IMG/VR virus record: IMGVR_UViG_3300029822_000865
Length of the DNA stretch: 64,000 nt
DNA from: a virus
Reading direction: 5' to 3' (one strand)
Of the stretch, positions 29,932-39,439 are shown piece by piece. Within the stretch, counting starts at the first letter, position 1; every line of letters starts with the position of its first letter. A program made the translations under genes and the position numbers. The notes under the pieces are model-generated. The model was not told the origin of the DNA, ran no database searches, and was given only the letters and a program-made list of their open reading frames with translations.

Positions 29932-30835
29932 AAGAATCATACTGGGAGCAGATATATCGAAAAGCAGTACAGGGTGTTCGATATTGGATTTGGACTATAA
30001 TCCGTTATACACTGGATTTTTAATCAATAAGGATGAAAGAGACGTAACATCTGTAAGAAAAAGACTTATAAAGTATTTAGCTAAGTTAATTGACAAGTAT
30101 GACGTTACTGATGTTGTAATAGAAGATGTTTTTGGTTCGGTAAATTTTGACACTAGTAGGTTGTTAATAATACTGAATGAGTGTGCAGAAGACATAAAAA
30201 TGCTGTATCCCGATGTGGTGTTCGATATTTATAAAATACCTAACACAGAATGGAAATCTAAGTTATTAGCGATAGTAAATGAAGCTATTCGCATCACAGG
30301 TAGGCATAAAGAAGCAGTACAAGAAGCGTTAGGTCACATTTATAATATAACAGAGTTTTTAGAGATGGGTGTACCGGATGATGTATATGACTCATTGGGA
30401 ATAGCGTATACCCACGCCTATGAAATAAATAGTGGTGTTAACGTAATATCTACAGCAGAAAAAAATAATTACATAAAGAACTTTCGTTTAGGTCTTATTA
30501 GTTTTTATTTTTTGAATGAAAGTTTAAAAGATCAAATGTTAGAAACTTTAGATGATGGTTTTGAGCATTTAGAGGTCAAGTATAACAGGACTATAGAATC
30601 AACGGTAAAGGGGTTTTATAAAGGACATGAAAAAACAATGCTATGCTTAATAAACATTGGTAATTTTAAAAAACTAGGGTTGGACTTAGTACGGTACGGA
30701 ATAACAGATAGGGTAAAAAATGAAGAAAATTTATATTGTCTTGCATTACCAAAACAAGTAGAGCGTTCAATTTCAGGTCTTAATAACTTCAAAGATTGGA
30801 GGACTACACATGATAGAATTCAATGTACAAGATAG
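29924..30835 (+). CDS. RuvC-like Holliday-junction resolvase/nuclease
   Basis: 'ILGADISKSSTG', 'VVIED', 'WK', 'DDVYDSLGIA'. Confidence 0.75.
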   Translation: MNKRIILGADISKSSTGCSILDLDYNPLYTGFLINKDERDVTSVRKRLIKYLAKLIDKYDVTDVVIEDVFGSVNFDTSRLLIILNECAEDIKMLYPDVVFDIYKIPNTEWKSKLLAIVNEAIRITGRHKEAVQEALGHIYNITEFLEMGVPDDVYDSLGIAYTHAYEINSGVNVISTAEKNNYIKNFRLGLISFYFLNESLKDQMLETLDDGFEHLEVKYNRTIESTVKGFYKGHEKTMLCLINIGNFKKLGLDLVRYGITDRVKNEENLYCLALPKQVERSISGLNNFKDWRTTHDRIQCTR

Positions 30836-32090
30836 GATATTACTATCAAATTTAGGAATTTCGCAAGATCAACTAGAGGGGACTGTAGACGAGATTGTAG
30901 AAACACTGACTGATAAAGTAAGAGACTATAATATTTCATATGAAAAAGGCGAGGAAGAAGTATCAAACACGTTATATGATAGGCTGAGAGGGATTTTAAA
31001 AAAATTAAAGCCCGATGCAGACGTATTAAATGAAGTTTACGCTATGGATTATGGTGAAATTGATAAGGATAAAGATAAGTACTTAACTAAAATACCTATG
31101 AAGTCTATTGAAACGATAAAAGAAATGAGAGACTTAGATAGGTTTAGAAAAGAGTTGCAGGATTTAGTAAAACAAAAGGGTATCAGGGAAATTGAGTGTG
31201 TTAGTTCTTTCAAGTTAAATGGACATGCTGGTAGAGCGGCAATACATGACGGTAAAGTTGTTTCTGCAAGTACAAAAGGCAGGTATAAAAGGGGCAGAGA
31301 TACGACTAACCATTTAAGTGTTATACTTTCCGATAAAAATTTAACAAAATTAAGTAGTTTAGGATTGGTAGAATTAAGGGGGGAAATTGTACTAAACAAG
31401 CATGCTTTAAGTAAAGCCCGTAAATTTAACCCTGATATAAAGTCGGTATTTTCAGCAGTATCTTCTTTAATTAGACCTTACGCAACAGAAGATGAAATAA
31501 AGCTATTAAATTTTGTTGCATATGACATATATGGGGACAATGTGCATCAATTCAATACTTTAGAAGAAAAATTTGAGTATTTAGAATCTTTAGGTTTTGA
31601 AGTACCTTTATACGCCACGGCTACAATAGCGCCGTTTGGTTCTTTTGAGGATGACATAGAAGAAATACTAGATGTTTTAGGAGAGCATAAAGAGACGTAT
31701 CAATATGATACAGACGGTATTGTGACTTCAATAAATGATGTAGGCATATTTAACTCACTTGGAAGTGACACAACTATTAATCGAGGCAATGTTGCTTTAA
31801 AAATGGGTAAATGGCAACAGGAAGTGTATTCTTCAATAATTGAAAAAATAGAGTTTTGTCAAGGAAAGTCGAAGATTACACCAAAAGCAGTTGTTAGACC
31901 TGTTGTTGTGGAAAACGGAAATACTGTCAGGAATGTACCTCTGTATAATCTTGCAGCACTTGAATTACTTGAAGCGTATGAGGGTGAAACAATACACTTT
32001 AAATATGGTGGTGAAGCAGGGGTAATACCTTGTGACGCAGATGGTAATGTTATCGGAACATTATATAAATTAATGGAATTGGGGGAGTAA
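30810..32090 (+). CDS. NAD+-dependent DNA ligase, N-terminal half (Ia, adenylation and OB domains)
   Basis: Ia 'YNISY...SNTLYDRL', motif I 'FKLNG', 'ELRGEIV', 'FVAY', 'YDTDGIV', 'ALK', OB end 'GGEAGVIP'. Confidence 0.85.
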   Translation: MIEFNVQDRILLSNLGISQDQLEGTVDEIVETLTDKVRDYNISYEKGEEEVSNTLYDRLRGILKKLKPDADVLNEVYAMDYGEIDKDKDKYLTKIPMKSIETIKEMRDLDRFRKELQDLVKQKGIREIECVSSFKLNGHAGRAAIHDGKVVSASTKGRYKRGRDTTNHLSVILSDKNLTKLSSLGLVELRGEIVLNKHALSKARKFNPDIKSVFSAVSSLIRPYATEDEIKLLNFVAYDIYGDNVHQFNTLEEKFEYLESLGFEVPLYATATIAPFGSFEDDIEEILDVLGEHKETYQYDTDGIVTSINDVGIFNSLGSDTTINRGNVALKMGKWQQEVYSSIIEKIEFCQGKSKITPKAVVRPVVVENGNTVRNVPLYNLAALELLEAYEGETIHFKYGGEAGVIPCDADGNVIGTLYKLMELGE

Positions 32091-32091
32091 G

Positions 32092-32586
32092 GTGATACAT
32101 GCTGTTGAAAACAAAGAGATATATCATTTCACTAACAGTAAAGACATAGCTGAATTTAGACATGTGAAACCTAAACGTGAATATTCACAAGCATCAGGAT
32201 ATGGGGTGTATTTTACACCGATGTGGGACAAAGGAATGGTGAAGTACGGTTGTCATGCAAAGTACTGCTACAGGTGTACATTTAGTGGTGTAATATTAAA
32301 CTTGGGAGAATACGATTCAATGTTCTTTGATCAATCCGGCACGTTAGCACACAGTTGTTCTTTTGTAACAAAAAATTTTAAACTACGTTTAGAAAATTCA
32401 CCTCAATTACGTGAACCTGATCTTATTCTTGGAACAATTTCCTCAAAGGCGTATAAATGGCTAGTAAACAATAATATACAGGCAGTACATGGCATGGAGT
32501 ATTGGGGATATGCTTGTTCTGAATTCGCAGTAATAGATACAAAATGTGTTAAGATACTTGAAATAATAAAATTAAGTAACAGTTAG
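32092..32586 (+). CDS. ADP-ribosyltransferase-fold protein (candidate)
   Basis: 'IYHFT...F...GYGVYFT' and C-terminal 'SEFAVID' fit the H-Y-E ART pattern. Confidence 0.45.
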   Translation: MIHAVENKEIYHFTNSKDIAEFRHVKPKREYSQASGYGVYFTPMWDKGMVKYGCHAKYCYRCTFSGVILNLGEYDSMFFDQSGTLAHSCSFVTKNFKLRLENSPQLREPDLILGTISSKAYKWLVNNNIQAVHGMEYWGYACSEFAVIDTKCVKILEIIKLSNS

Positions 32587-32705
32587 GCGTAGTGTTTTTA
32601 GGGTGTGTAACAGTATTAAAAAAGATAAGTACAATTATTTATTATAATAAATACCGCTAATGTGTTTAGGCTGGTAAAATGTGAATAGTAGGGAGTTGTA
32701 CTTAC

Positions 32706-33983
32706 ATGAATGAGATACTGAAAGAAAGTGTAAAAGAACGAGTTGATTTATTTGAGAATGCCTTTACAGATTTTGAGGTTGTTAAACCTTTTATCTCACT
32801 TGAAAAAGTAAATGTAGAGGATATTATTGTACCGCCAAACAGAGCAAGGAAACAGGGGTTAAAAGGTTTAAAAGCATCTGTAGCCCAACTAGGGGTATTA
32901 GTACCACCTATTCTTATGCGCACAGAAAATAAAAAGAAATATATATTAATTAACGGTATAAGGCGTGTACATGCGGCATTAAAGAATGGGTTTACAGAAC
33001 TACAATCACTGGTTTATAATTTTGATGACTCAGCCAAAGCAAAGAAAGCTATTCCATATTTAGAACTGATACTTAACCAATATGAACCTTACACAATAGG
33101 TGAAGTGTGGGATACATCCCAGTTTCTTGAATCAAAAATGGTTAATTTTTCACCTGAGTTAATAGAGTATTTACTTAATCTAAGACCAGGGGAATACACA
33201 AAACTGGTTGAGGTAATGAGGGCATCAGAATCAGACATGATTGACATTCGGGATCAGCTTTTAGAGGGCACTATCACCATAAACCAAGCTTATAAAAAAC
33301 TAGACATGATCAGAAAAAAGGTCACTAGACAGGAATTACTAGATCAGAAAGAAGAGTTAATGTTCAGTGTAGGTGAAACAGGCGGATTTGATGAAGCTGT
33401 TAAGGTTGTAGAAAATTCTACTGAACCTATGAAACGTGAGAGATTAGAGGATGATGAAATAGCTGCATTATTAAATCTAGCTAACTGTAATATGGAGACT
33501 CTTGATCTTTCAGAAATAGAAGAAATGGACAGGACTTCGGAAATCCGTCAAAATAAGAAACAAGTATCACGAGACAGAAAACCAGTTGATCCTGCACTTA
33601 GAAAAGCAAGAATGATAAAAGATGGATACTCTTGCCAGTGTTGCCTTGATATAAGCGGTGAAAAGCATATGTATGTGCTTGACTTCCACCACGTTGTACC
33701 TGTTAGTTTGGGTGGTGAGGACTCGATGGAAAACGGAATCACACTGTGTTTAAATTGCCATCAATTAGTGCATTTGTATGCCTCGGGGGATTTATTTCTG
33801 GGCAAAATAGAAGATAGGGATGAGATAGTGAAGTTTAAGAAAGTGCTTACACTTGGGAATACTATTATAGACGCAATGAAGAAGTTACACATGCCGAAAG
33901 AAGAGTTTAAAAAACTGGAAAATCCACACTTTGTAGCAAGAAAATTTCCTGGTTACATAAAGCAACAACTTGAAAAAGCTTGA
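32706..33983 (+). CDS. ParB N-terminal domain fused to HNH endonuclease
   Basis: 'LKASVAQLGVLVPPIL...YILINGIRRVHA' (ParB GxxR) and 'CQCC...HHVVPVSLGGEDSMENGITLCLNCHQLVH' (HNH). Confidence 0.85.
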   Translation: MNEILKESVKERVDLFENAFTDFEVVKPFISLEKVNVEDIIVPPNRARKQGLKGLKASVAQLGVLVPPILMRTENKKKYILINGIRRVHAALKNGFTELQSLVYNFDDSAKAKKAIPYLELILNQYEPYTIGEVWDTSQFLESKMVNFSPELIEYLLNLRPGEYTKLVEVMRASESDMIDIRDQLLEGTITINQAYKKLDMIRKKVTRQELLDQKEELMFSVGETGGFDEAVKVVENSTEPMKRERLEDDEIAALLNLANCNMETLDLSEIEEMDRTSEIRQNKKQVSRDRKPVDPALRKARMIKDGYSCQCCLDISGEKHMYVLDFHHVVPVSLGGEDSMENGITLCLNCHQLVHLYASGDLFLGKIEDRDEIVKFKKVLTLGNTIIDAMKKLHMPKEEFKKLENPHFVARKFPGYIKQQLEKA

Positions 33984-33998
33984 TAAGGGGGAGTTAAA

Positions 33999-34877
33999 AT
34001 GGTTTACACTTTCAGTGATTACGTTATTAAGTATGAAAAATACTTGGATAAGCGAATGGTTAACTTACTTAACTGTAATAAATACTGCGATTGTGGCAGC
34101 GAACTTACGTTAACTGAAGAAAAAACAAGTATTGTTTGTAGTAATGAATTTTGTGCATACAAGGTGGCAAAAAGGTTAGTACAAATGTGTAAAGATTTGA
34201 TAATAATAGGTATTGGTGACGTAAATGCGTTAAAGATTGTAAACCATTTTGAACTTCAATCCCCTTTGCAGTTACTTGCATATAATCCGGACGAAGATGG
34301 GGTTTTAGCAGATGACATATCTATGGAAAAGTCGATAGATTTCTACAATCAAGTGCAGGCTAAAGAGCTTCAATTATGGGAATATTTGAGGGCGGCAAAC
34401 ATCCCTGCTATTAGGGATAATGCAATGAAAATTATGAAAGGTTTAGACTCTTTCACTGAACTTTTTGAAACGTTAGATACCTATGGAATTTCTTTTATTG
34501 AACAGCAATTAGGGCTTATTGAAAAAGAAGATTATAACATTTCTGCCATAAAGGTATTTGAGGGACTTTTACAAGAGCGTGAAGTTTTAGAGCATGTGGA
34601 AAATTACCTCAATGTTGTGAGCGTAACAAAAGAGATTAGTATAGTAATATCAAGGGGTATTTTGAATTATCCATCCAAAGAGGCATTTATAAAGACATTA
34701 AACGGTGTATATAGGGGTAAGGTGTATATTAACTTAATAAAAACTTTATCGTTAAACGTTGACATACTCTTGTGGGAAGGAATAGGTGACCTTACAAGTA
34801 AAGTTGTTAAAGCACAAAAGTTAGGAATACCAATAATGACTAGCAGTGAGTTTCTAAACTATCTTAATAATAAATAG
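33999..34877 (+). CDS. NAD+-dependent DNA ligase, C-terminal half (Zn finger, HhH, BRCT)
   Basis: 'CDCGSEL...CSNEFC', HhH 'IIGIGDVNALKI', BRCT 'SKVVKAQKLGIPIMTSSEFL'. Confidence 0.8.
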   Translation: MVYTFSDYVIKYEKYLDKRMVNLLNCNKYCDCGSELTLTEEKTSIVCSNEFCAYKVAKRLVQMCKDLIIIGIGDVNALKIVNHFELQSPLQLLAYNPDEDGVLADDISMEKSIDFYNQVQAKELQLWEYLRAANIPAIRDNAMKIMKGLDSFTELFETLDTYGISFIEQQLGLIEKEDYNISAIKVFEGLLQEREVLEHVENYLNVVSVTKEISIVISRGILNYPSKEAFIKTLNGVYRGKVYINLIKTLSLNVDILLWEGIGDLTSKVVKAQKLGIPIMTSSEFLNYLNNK

Positions 34878-34906
34878 AAAATATTTGTTATTGGGGTGGA
34901 AATATA

Positions 34907-36751
34907 ATGTTGATTGGACAGGAATATTTTGATTATTTCAACAAGTCGATAAATGCGGTAAAAACTGATAACGTGCAGGAAGTAATTTCAAGATTCGTTA
35001 CAGGTATTATAAGACCAGACTTTAGGGAATTATCGTCTATTGAGAAACTATACTTTAAGTTAATAAATGATACTTTTGACATTTCCGAAAAGGAGCAGTT
35101 AGATTTATTACAGAATAAAGACAGATATGTTCCGTCAGAAGTTAGAAAAGCAGGGGGGGAGTATTTTACCCCTGAGACATTAGCTCAATATGGTAGAGAG
35201 ATTGTGGGACAGTATATAGATTTAAAAGATTGCCATGTTTGGGACGTTTCGTGCGGAACAGGGAATTTGTTAAGAAGTGCTAAAGACCTTAATCCAAGTA
35301 AGGTTTATCTTAGTACATTAAATAAATCTGACATCGACTTAATTAGAAATACTGAGTTTTATTCTGACGAAGTCACAATGTTTAATTGTGACTTTTTGTG
35401 TTCTATTGATTATGATAGTGTTAACACAGGGTTTTTAGACACTTTACCAGATAAGTTACAAAAGGCAGTAAGAAATAATGAAAAGATACTGTTTTTCTTC
35501 AATCCACCGTTTAAGAGCTTTGCACCAGAAACAACAACAAGTCTATGGATGAAAGAATTAGGATTAGGAAAGGCAACAGGAGATTTGTATACCCAATTTA
35601 TATTTAAAGTGGTAGACTTTATAAGGGTTCATAATTTAACGAATTCAGTTATGGGGATATACTCTCCGGCAACTTATTTAAAAGACAACACGGGATTGCT
35701 GTCATACATCCAGAAGTATATGGATTTTCAAGAGGGTATCGTTTTCAACAGTAATGAGTTTGCGGACACCACATCCAGTGAGTTTTGGGGTATAGTATTT
35801 GTTGCCTACACTCATAAACAACTTGAGGTAAACAAGATAGGCGATGGTTGCATAAAACGTATTGGACTTGACAGTAAAGGCAATGTTAGAGAAGTGTCGA
35901 AAATGGAGTTGGGTTTATTTAAGACAAAAGAAAGACGGATTAGTGAGTGGGCGAAGTCGAAAGAAGCTGACTATTATGTGCAAATGCCAGCTTATAAATT
36001 CTTTAACAGCAAACCAGTTAAAATTCTTAAAGCAAGTGTAAATAGTTTTGCGTACACATCTTTTGTAGACACTCTTGTAAAGAATGGAAAAGCAATTATA
36101 TCTACCAGACCAATAACTTTTGAGGGATACATAGATATAACAAAGGAGAATTTGGAAAGAGCAATCACCATGTTTGCGGCGCATAGGTCAATTACCGACA
36201 GGGGTGACTTTGGATTAAATATGTCTACCCCAATAGAGCCTGAAAGAGAAGTTGAAGAAGAATTGTTACGTGATTTTTTGATATTTAGTTTGTTTGATTT
36301 AAAGAGTTATCAGTTTTCAGCGAGGGTAGACACTGGGAATGTGGAAAATGTAAGAAATACCATGTTTTATATGGACACGAATAGGATTTTAAAAGCCGCA
36401 GAAGATCAGGGTTTAGACTTGTTAACTACTGATTATGGGAAGTATGGACATAAGAATGTATTTTATGATAAGTATGTGAAAAACGCTATACTAAAGGGAG
36501 TATCCCCCGAAGCTCAGGAGTTGTACGATTACTGTTGTAAAGCGAACATAGACACTCTAAAGTATCGGACAAAGATGCCTGAAAACTACCATATGAACTG
36601 TTGGGATGCAGGCTGGGTTCAAATCCGATATATGCTAAAAGAGCTAAAACTCGAAGAAATAGAGCGTGGGTATTTTGAGAGATTGATAGAGTTTAAAAAG
36701 AAACTTGCAAATGATGTTATTAACTTAGGAGTGTATAGTCATGCTAATTAG
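34907..36751 (+). CDS. N6-adenine DNA methyltransferase (gamma-type motif order)
   Basis: 'GGEYFTP', motif I 'WDVSCGTGNLL', motif IV 'FNPPF'. Confidence 0.85.
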   Translation: MLIGQEYFDYFNKSINAVKTDNVQEVISRFVTGIIRPDFRELSSIEKLYFKLINDTFDISEKEQLDLLQNKDRYVPSEVRKAGGEYFTPETLAQYGREIVGQYIDLKDCHVWDVSCGTGNLLRSAKDLNPSKVYLSTLNKSDIDLIRNTEFYSDEVTMFNCDFLCSIDYDSVNTGFLDTLPDKLQKAVRNNEKILFFFNPPFKSFAPETTTSLWMKELGLGKATGDLYTQFIFKVVDFIRVHNLTNSVMGIYSPATYLKDNTGLLSYIQKYMDFQEGIVFNSNEFADTTSSEFWGIVFVAYTHKQLEVNKIGDGCIKRIGLDSKGNVREVSKMELGLFKTKERRISEWAKSKEADYYVQMPAYKFFNSKPVKILKASVNSFAYTSFVDTLVKNGKAIISTRPITFEGYIDITKENLERAITMFAAHRSITDRGDFGLNMSTPIEPEREVEEELLRDFLIFSLFDLKSYQFSARVDTGNVENVRNTMFYMDTNRILKAAEDQGLDLLTTDYGKYGHKNVFYDKYVKNAILKGVSPEAQELYDYCCKANIDTLKYRTKMPENYHMNCWDAGWVQIRYMLKELKLEEIERGYFERLIEFKKKLANDVINLGVYSHAN

Positions 36752-37727
36752 AGAGGGTATAATGAGTATACAAGAAGACAATCAATTTGTTTTGTTGAAT
36801 TGTTCTTACTCAAAAATGTCATTGATGATATTTGATTACTACAAACAAAGATATAATGCGTCTACTTCTTCATATAACTTAATAGAAGTAGAGAGTATTA
36901 CTACCGCAGGGGAAACTAACATTGTAGAATCTAAGCATTTAATAGAGGATATGTGGTTAGTATATATTCATGTGGACAGGTGTAGTGATATTAAAAAGGT
37001 GTTGGCGAAATTAACTTATTCTGAAAATGCTATTTATCTTTTTTCCACAGCTAAATATGCGAAATTCTTACAGCTAGAAAAAGAATTACGAGATGTGCTG
37101 CCTAAAAAATCAACTTGTTTAAAACTCTCATTAAATTGGGTTAATAAGGACAGTATAAAGTATTTGTTACAGATGTTCATAAAAAGTATAGATCCAAAAG
37201 CAGAGTATCATGTTTTAAATAATTTAAAGTATGACACAGAGATTTTTTATGACTTTCTGTTTGAGTGTCGGAAATATGATCATGTTGAGCATAGTGTAGT
37301 AAAGAAATTTAGGAGTATAAACACAAACTCTTGGATACTTTTTAGAAGTGTAATAGACGGTCGTACTGGAACAGAGCGTAAAGATAAAAAATTTATTAGA
37401 CAGTATAAGTTTTTTATCGAGCAAGAGGGGTTTAACAGAGCGCACACTATATTAAAGAACATGTTTAAAGACTTGTTGTTTGTAAAAAAGCTATACCAGG
37501 AGGGGTATATTTGTAGCGTAGCACCAATAGATTATGATAACCTAAGAGAACAGTTTCCTATAGAATTAAAGTACCTATCAATACATAAAATATCAAAATA
37601 CATGAGGGTATTAAAAGGGTTATCTTATATAGAGATAATAAGTTTTTATGTCACATTAAATAATAGTAAGTCAGAGACAGCATTACTGCATTCGCTTTAC
37701 ACAATGTCTAGGAGGGGTCACATATGA
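36741..37727 (+). CDS. hypothetical protein, possibly clamp-loader delta (HolA)-like
   Basis: 328 aa. Size and layout are only loosely HolA-like; no diagnostic motif. Confidence 0.3.
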   Translation: MLIREGIMSIQEDNQFVLLNCSYSKMSLMIFDYYKQRYNASTSSYNLIEVESITTAGETNIVESKHLIEDMWLVYIHVDRCSDIKKVLAKLTYSENAIYLFSTAKYAKFLQLEKELRDVLPKKSTCLKLSLNWVNKDSIKYLLQMFIKSIDPKAEYHVLNNLKYDTEIFYDFLFECRKYDHVEHSVVKKFRSINTNSWILFRSVIDGRTGTERKDKKFIRQYKFFIEQEGFNRAHTILKNMFKDLLFVKKLYQEGYICSVAPIDYDNLREQFPIELKYLSIHKISKYMRVLKGLSYIEIISFYVTLNNSKSETALLHSLYTMSRRGHI

Positions 37728-38038
37728 AAAGAATACTTGAAACAGAATTAAAAGATGGTGATGTGGGGGGTTGTGTCGAATATTCAGATGTTTTGGATAA
37801 TGAGGCACATCCTTTAGCGAGGGCGTTAGCTTATAGTAAAAAGGGGTTATATATAGGGGATACTTGGGGGATTCCGACTTTAAAGGGGATAAATAATTTA
37901 GTCAAGTCAAGTAAGCCTATAAGGAAAAAGTTAGACTTTGATTCTCAAACAGAAGTAAAGGAATATAAGGTTCAAAAAAGGGGGAATAATTATTACTTGA
38001 ACAAACTTGATGTAACTTTAGAGGATATTGAGCTATGA
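37724..38038 (+). CDS. hypothetical protein
   Basis: 104 aa; ATGA overlap with the previous gene. Confidence 0.65.
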   Translation: MKRILETELKDGDVGGCVEYSDVLDNEAHPLARALAYSKKGLYIGDTWGIPTLKGINNLVKSSKPIRKKLDFDSQTEVKEYKVQKRGNNYYLNKLDVTLEDIEL

Positions 38039-38113
38039 AAAATTATATAATTTGGAAAAAATGTAAGCTTAAAAAGGAATTAATTGGGATTTTAAAAAGT
38101 TTTAAAAAATCTA

Positions 38114-38142
38114 TTGCATTTTTTAAAAAAATATGATAAGCT
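38114..38142 (+). promoter_or_regulatory. sigmaA-type extended -10 promoter within TnAn tracts
   Basis: TTGCAT-17 nt-(TG n)TAAGCT, flanked by four TTTTAAAAA-like palindromes (38090-38182). Confidence 0.55.
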
Positions 38143-38206
38143 ATTGGTAATGAAAAATTTGTCAGATTTTTTTAAAAAAAAATCCGGCTCGGAAAGCGAG
38201 GTAAAC

Positions 38207-38794
38207 ATGAGTACAGACAGACAATTATTACAAATGGCAGAACTTGCACAGGAACTAAAAAGCATTAGGGTTACCACTCAAGGGCAAGCAGAGGTAATTG
38301 CTAACGCATCAAACAAAACAATCGACCGCATATTTGAGGGAACAGACGAAAATTTTTCAGTAACAGCATTTTTACATCTTAACAGAAAAATCGAAAATTC
38401 TTACAGGCAACAAAAACAAATCGGAAAAGGTAAGTCAATCAAAAAAGAAGTTAATATCGTAGACAAGTCAGGGGAAGATTCAGAAGAAACTTCATTTGGA
38501 ACAATAAGTGATTTAGCAATCAGCGTAGAAGAAAAGGGTTACGCTGTGATTGAGGACAAAATATCTGTACAGCAGACTTATGAAAAAATGATAAATAAGT
38601 TAGATGAATACGGTTATGCCGAAAGTGAATTGGTTGACGCATTGTTGGCTTGTGAAACAAATGTTAAAGGCGCACCTGTAGAGGGGACTATGATTAAGAT
38701 TAGAACTCTATGCACGTTACCTGACTTTAGTGAATTATTAAAAGAATTTTTGGGATATGAAAACGCTTTTTCTTACGTAAAGGCAAGAGCGTAA
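38207..38794 (+). CDS. hypothetical protein, weakly sigma-factor-like
   Basis: Start placed at ATG 38207 after GAGGT; the ORF track starts at 38114, inside the promoter. Confidence 0.6.
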   Translation: MSTDRQLLQMAELAQELKSIRVTTQGQAEVIANASNKTIDRIFEGTDENFSVTAFLHLNRKIENSYRQQKQIGKGKSIKKEVNIVDKSGEDSEETSFGTISDLAISVEEKGYAVIEDKISVQQTYEKMINKLDEYGYAESELVDALLACETNVKGAPVEGTMIKIRTLCTLPDFSELLKEFLGYENAFSYVKARA

Positions 38795-38824
38795 CAATTA
38801 AAGAATAGAGGGGAGTGATATAAG

Positions 38825-39343
38825 TTGTATAAGACAATGGCGTTAGTAAGCAAACATATGCCGCAAATACAAAAAGTTGTAAGCATAGTACATCGGCAGT
38901 ATGGAGTTAATCAAGAAGATGTATTAGGTAGAACAATTGAGCTACTTATATCTTCTCCTTTTGATCCTGATAAGAGCAGTTTCAAACACTATATAAATGT
39001 TTGTGTAAAACATGCTTGCTATAACATTTATGATGGCATGAGAGATAAGGAAGAATTCGTCGAAGAGTACTCAGACTCTTACGTTGAGCCGGAGTTTGAC
39101 ATTAAGGATTCTGAATTGTCTTTAAAATCGGAGTGTGAGAGACTTTTAGTAGAAGATCGACCTGTTTTTGATTATATCCTAGGGGCATTAAAAGGAGATA
39201 TAAAGGTTACAAAAAGGCGTAAAATCGTAGACAGGCAAGGGAAAGATTTGTATTATTTTATAAAAGAATCGGGTAAAAGCATAAAAGAGGTAGTCGCAAT
39301 TATGCAAAACGTCGTAGACAAATCCAGACAAAAAGTTGGTTAA
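38825..39343 (+). CDS. sigma70 region-2-like protein
   Basis: 'IQKVVSIVHRQYGVNQEDVLG...FDPDKSSFKHYINVCVKHACYN' resembles region 2. No obvious region-4 HTH. Confidence 0.5.
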   Translation: MYKTMALVSKHMPQIQKVVSIVHRQYGVNQEDVLGRTIELLISSPFDPDKSSFKHYINVCVKHACYNIYDGMRDKEEFVEEYSDSYVEPEFDIKDSELSLKSECERLLVEDRPVFDYILGALKGDIKVTKRRKIVDRQGKDLYYFIKESGKSIKEVVAIMQNVVDKSRQKVG

Positions 39344-39375
39344 GTACAAATTGTATATAGGGTTATAGCAATAAT

Positions 39376-39408
39376 AAAAGTTAGATTATTACTTAGTCTA
39401 ACTTTTTT
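39376..39408. terminator. Rho-independent terminator
   Basis: AAAAGTTAGA...TCTAACTTTTTT. Confidence 0.75.
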
Positions 39409-39439
39409 AATTATCCGCAATCTGAAAGGGGTAAACATA

